A DNA stretch of 64,000 nt from Patescibacteria group bacterium. GTDB taxonomy: Bacteria; Patescibacteriota; Minisyncoccia; Phycocordibacterales; PALSA-1337. The number at the start of each line of letters is the position of its first letter. Positions within the stretch are counted from its first letter, which is position 1. The notes below the pieces were generated by a model that saw only the letters and a list, made by a program, of their open reading frames with translations, made no database searches and was not told the origin of the DNA. The DNA is taken from assembly GCA_040388415.1 (NCBI GenBank), contig JAZKBV010000001.1:138369-202368 (forward strand), read 5' to 3'. Shown here piece by piece: positions 62,591 to 64,000 of the stretch. Position numbers and translations under genes: made by a program.

Positions 62591-63199
62591 ATGAATACAG
62601 ATGAAAACAAAGATATGGATGAACAAAAGCTTGATGCAGATGTCCAGGTTGATGATGTGGTTATAGAGTCCGACGATACGCTTGACGACAGCGTCATTGC
62701 TGAAGAAAATATGTCTGAGACTATCAAGAAGCTTCGCACTAAGCTCAAGAAATCCCAAGCTGATGCTCAGGAGTATCTGACGGGTTGGCAGAGAGCAAAA
62801 GCCGACTTTGTGAATGCGCGTAAGCGCGATGAAGAGGAACGTAAAGAGTTTATCAAGTTTTCAAATGAGCGTCTCATCGAAAGCCTTATTCCTGTTCTTG
62901 AGAGTTTCGACCTTGCCATGGCTAACAAAGAAGCGTGGGAAAAAGTAGATAAGAATTGGCGCATAGGTGTCGAGTACATCTATTCTCAACTGAAGAAAAC
63001 TCTCAGTGAAAGTGGTCTCGAGGAGATCAGTCCCGTCGGTCTCAAGTTTGATCCAGCTCGCGACGAAGCTGCGGAGTATGTGCCCGTGACCGAAGAAAGT
63101 CAGGATCACATCATCACGCAAGTTATTCAAAAAGGGTATTCATTGAATAAAAAGGCCATGCGTCCACCAAAGGTCAAGGTAGGTGAATTTAAAAAATAA
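62591..63199 (+). CDS. grpE: nucleotide exchange factor GrpE
   Basis: 'LTGWQRAKADFVNARKRDEEE' and 'LIPVLESFDLA'. The start was moved to MNTDENKD. Confidence 0.85.
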   Translation: MNTDENKDMDEQKLDADVQVDDVVIESDDTLDDSVIAEENMSETIKKLRTKLKKSQADAQEYLTGWQRAKADFVNARKRDEEERKEFIKFSNERLIESLIPVLESFDLAMANKEAWEKVDKNWRIGVEYIYSQLKKTLSESGLEEISPVGLKFDPARDEAAEYVPVTEESQDHIITQVIQKGYSLNKKAMRPPKVKVGEFKK

Positions 63200-63204
63200 A
63201 AGAA

Positions 63205-63232
63205 AACCGCTCCTTATGGGGCGGTTTTTTTG
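63205..63232. terminator. bidirectional intrinsic terminator
   Basis: 'AACCGCTCCttatGGGGCGGTTttttttg'. Confidence 0.7.
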
Positions 63233-63241
63233 AAGTGATTT

Positions 63242-63649
63242 TTACAGTTGGGTGAGGGAGCCATCTTTTCCCGCGGCTCTGATTTCAGCACGAATGGACT
63301 GGTATAAAGCTGATCCTTTTGTTTTCGGTTCAGTCCGTTTTTTGCGTTCAGTTCCTGGAACTACCGAATAGATGGCTACCGGAGTTCCTGATTGGAAAAA
63401 TTTCCGCATCTCCACTTTACGTTTCCCGTCGAGCTTAAATTCGACAAGTTCACCAGTGCTCGACTTGGCGATAATTGTCGGATATACGGCAAACGCTTCT
63501 TCGGGAACAAATTCAATCGGACATATCCGCTGGTCTACTTCCTCAGTGCTGATTTTGAGTTCTGGTCTCGTAATGAGTATTTGTTTTATATCCGATCCGT
63601 TGAACATGTTCCTGGCGAAGGGGATTCTAAAGTATTCAATTTCTTTCAT
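63242..63649 (-). CDS. hypothetical protein
   Basis: 135-aa ORF. Confidence 0.45.
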   Translation of the reverse strand: MKEIEYFRIPFARNMFNGSDIKQILITRPELKISTEEVDQRICPIEFVPEEAFAVYPTIIAKSSTGELVEFKLDGKRKVEMRKFFQSGTPVAIYSVVPGTERKKRTEPKTKGSALYQSIRAEIRAAGKDGSLTQL

Positions 63650-63714
63650 GATAAAGATCTCCTTTCTTTATTATTAAATTACATTGTTTTATACTTTTTG
63701 TCAAAAACAAAATC

Positions 63715-63742
63715 TTGACTAAGAGTTTCCCGTTGCTATAAT
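63715..63742 (+). promoter_or_regulatory. sigma70-like promoter TTGACT-N16-TATAAT
   Basis: 'TTGACTaagagtttcccgttgcTATAAT'. Confidence 0.45.
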
Positions 63743-63769
63743 ATGAGTCCAATAGTCCCTGCGAATCCT

Positions 63770-64000
63770 ATGCTAAAACCTACCATTCCCTCAAAATTTG
63801 TAGAGAGAATCATTACCTCACAGACTGGTGAGCAGTATCGTGTTGTGTTTCTGGTCACTCTCGTCAATGGGGAAGTGAAGGCACGAGTTGTTGGCGCACA
63901 ATTGATATCAAAAGTTCAGCTACTAGAAGATAAGAGCTATGAGCTAAGAGCTAAGAGATATGAAAGAAATACAGCTGTGCTTTGTTTACCTGGCGCCTCT
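63770..64000 (+). CDS. hypothetical protein, 3'-partial
   Basis: ATG at 63770. The frame stays open to the window end (77 codons). Confidence 0.35.
   Translation, partial: MLKPTIPSKFVERIITSQTGEQYRVVFLVTLVNGEVKARVVGAQLISKVQLLEDKSYELRAKRYERNTAVLCLPGAS

Noticed and set aside
62000-62600. CIRCE element (TTAGCACTC-N9-GAGTGCTAA) upstream of grpE
   Set aside because: I searched the upstream region and found no match. grpE is not adjacent to hrcA or dnaK here.
1-64000. CRISPR arrays, rRNA genes, transposases or integrases
   Set aside because: No regularly spaced direct-repeat arrays, rRNA-like conserved stretches or transposase/integrase motifs were found on either strand.

Overview
This is an AT-rich bacterial chromosomal segment dominated by housekeeping genes, and most of them can be assigned confidently from motifs. 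By inference it comes from a small-genome, Patescibacteria/CPR-like organism. Signs of this: AlaRS without the C-Ala domain, a short UvrC without the (HhH)2 domain, weak Shine-Dalgarno signals, and many single-pass membrane-anchored hypothetical proteins and very large surface proteins. Genes assigned confidently are the tRNA synthetases glyQS, leuS and alaS; the repair/replication genes uvrA, uvrC, recR, rmuC, dnaB and a family-4 UDG; ddl, mltG, zwf, mnmA, ychF, pepF and grpE; and the ribosomal/RNA polymerase run infA-rpmJ-rpsM-rpsK-rpsD-rpoA-rplQ-rplM-rpsI, with rplU elsewhere. There is also a tRNA-Ala(UGC), a type IV pilin, a sensor histidine kinase and a single-domain response regulator.

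The main unusual features are as follows. (1) A 1304-aa LeuRS carries three inserted enzymatic domains, two paralogous Nudix hydrolase modules and one RBBP9/YdeN-type Ser-hydrolase domain, on top of an intact CP1 editing domain. (2) A class IIb aaRS catalytic-core paralog with no anticodon-binding domain sits 11 bp upstream of a SAM methyltransferase. This pair is transcribed divergently from an AstE/AspA-family deacylase, a PlsC-like acyltransferase, a 539-aa His-rich protein and an orphan histidine kinase, with an S66/MccF-like peptidase nearby. (3) Two families of short intergenic repeats recur downstream of unrelated genes: tandem ACGAAT units and a 35-nt 'AAAGGACGTTGCGC.GACATGATT' element. 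(4) A TTGAG-N6-TTGAG direct-repeat motif occurs upstream of two unrelated loci. (5) An AT-rich two-gene islet of unknown function lies between dnaB and uvrA. (6) There are giant membrane-anchored proteins with triplicated modules, FN3 and Flg_new repeats.

No CRISPR array, rRNA, transposase or integrase was recognised.
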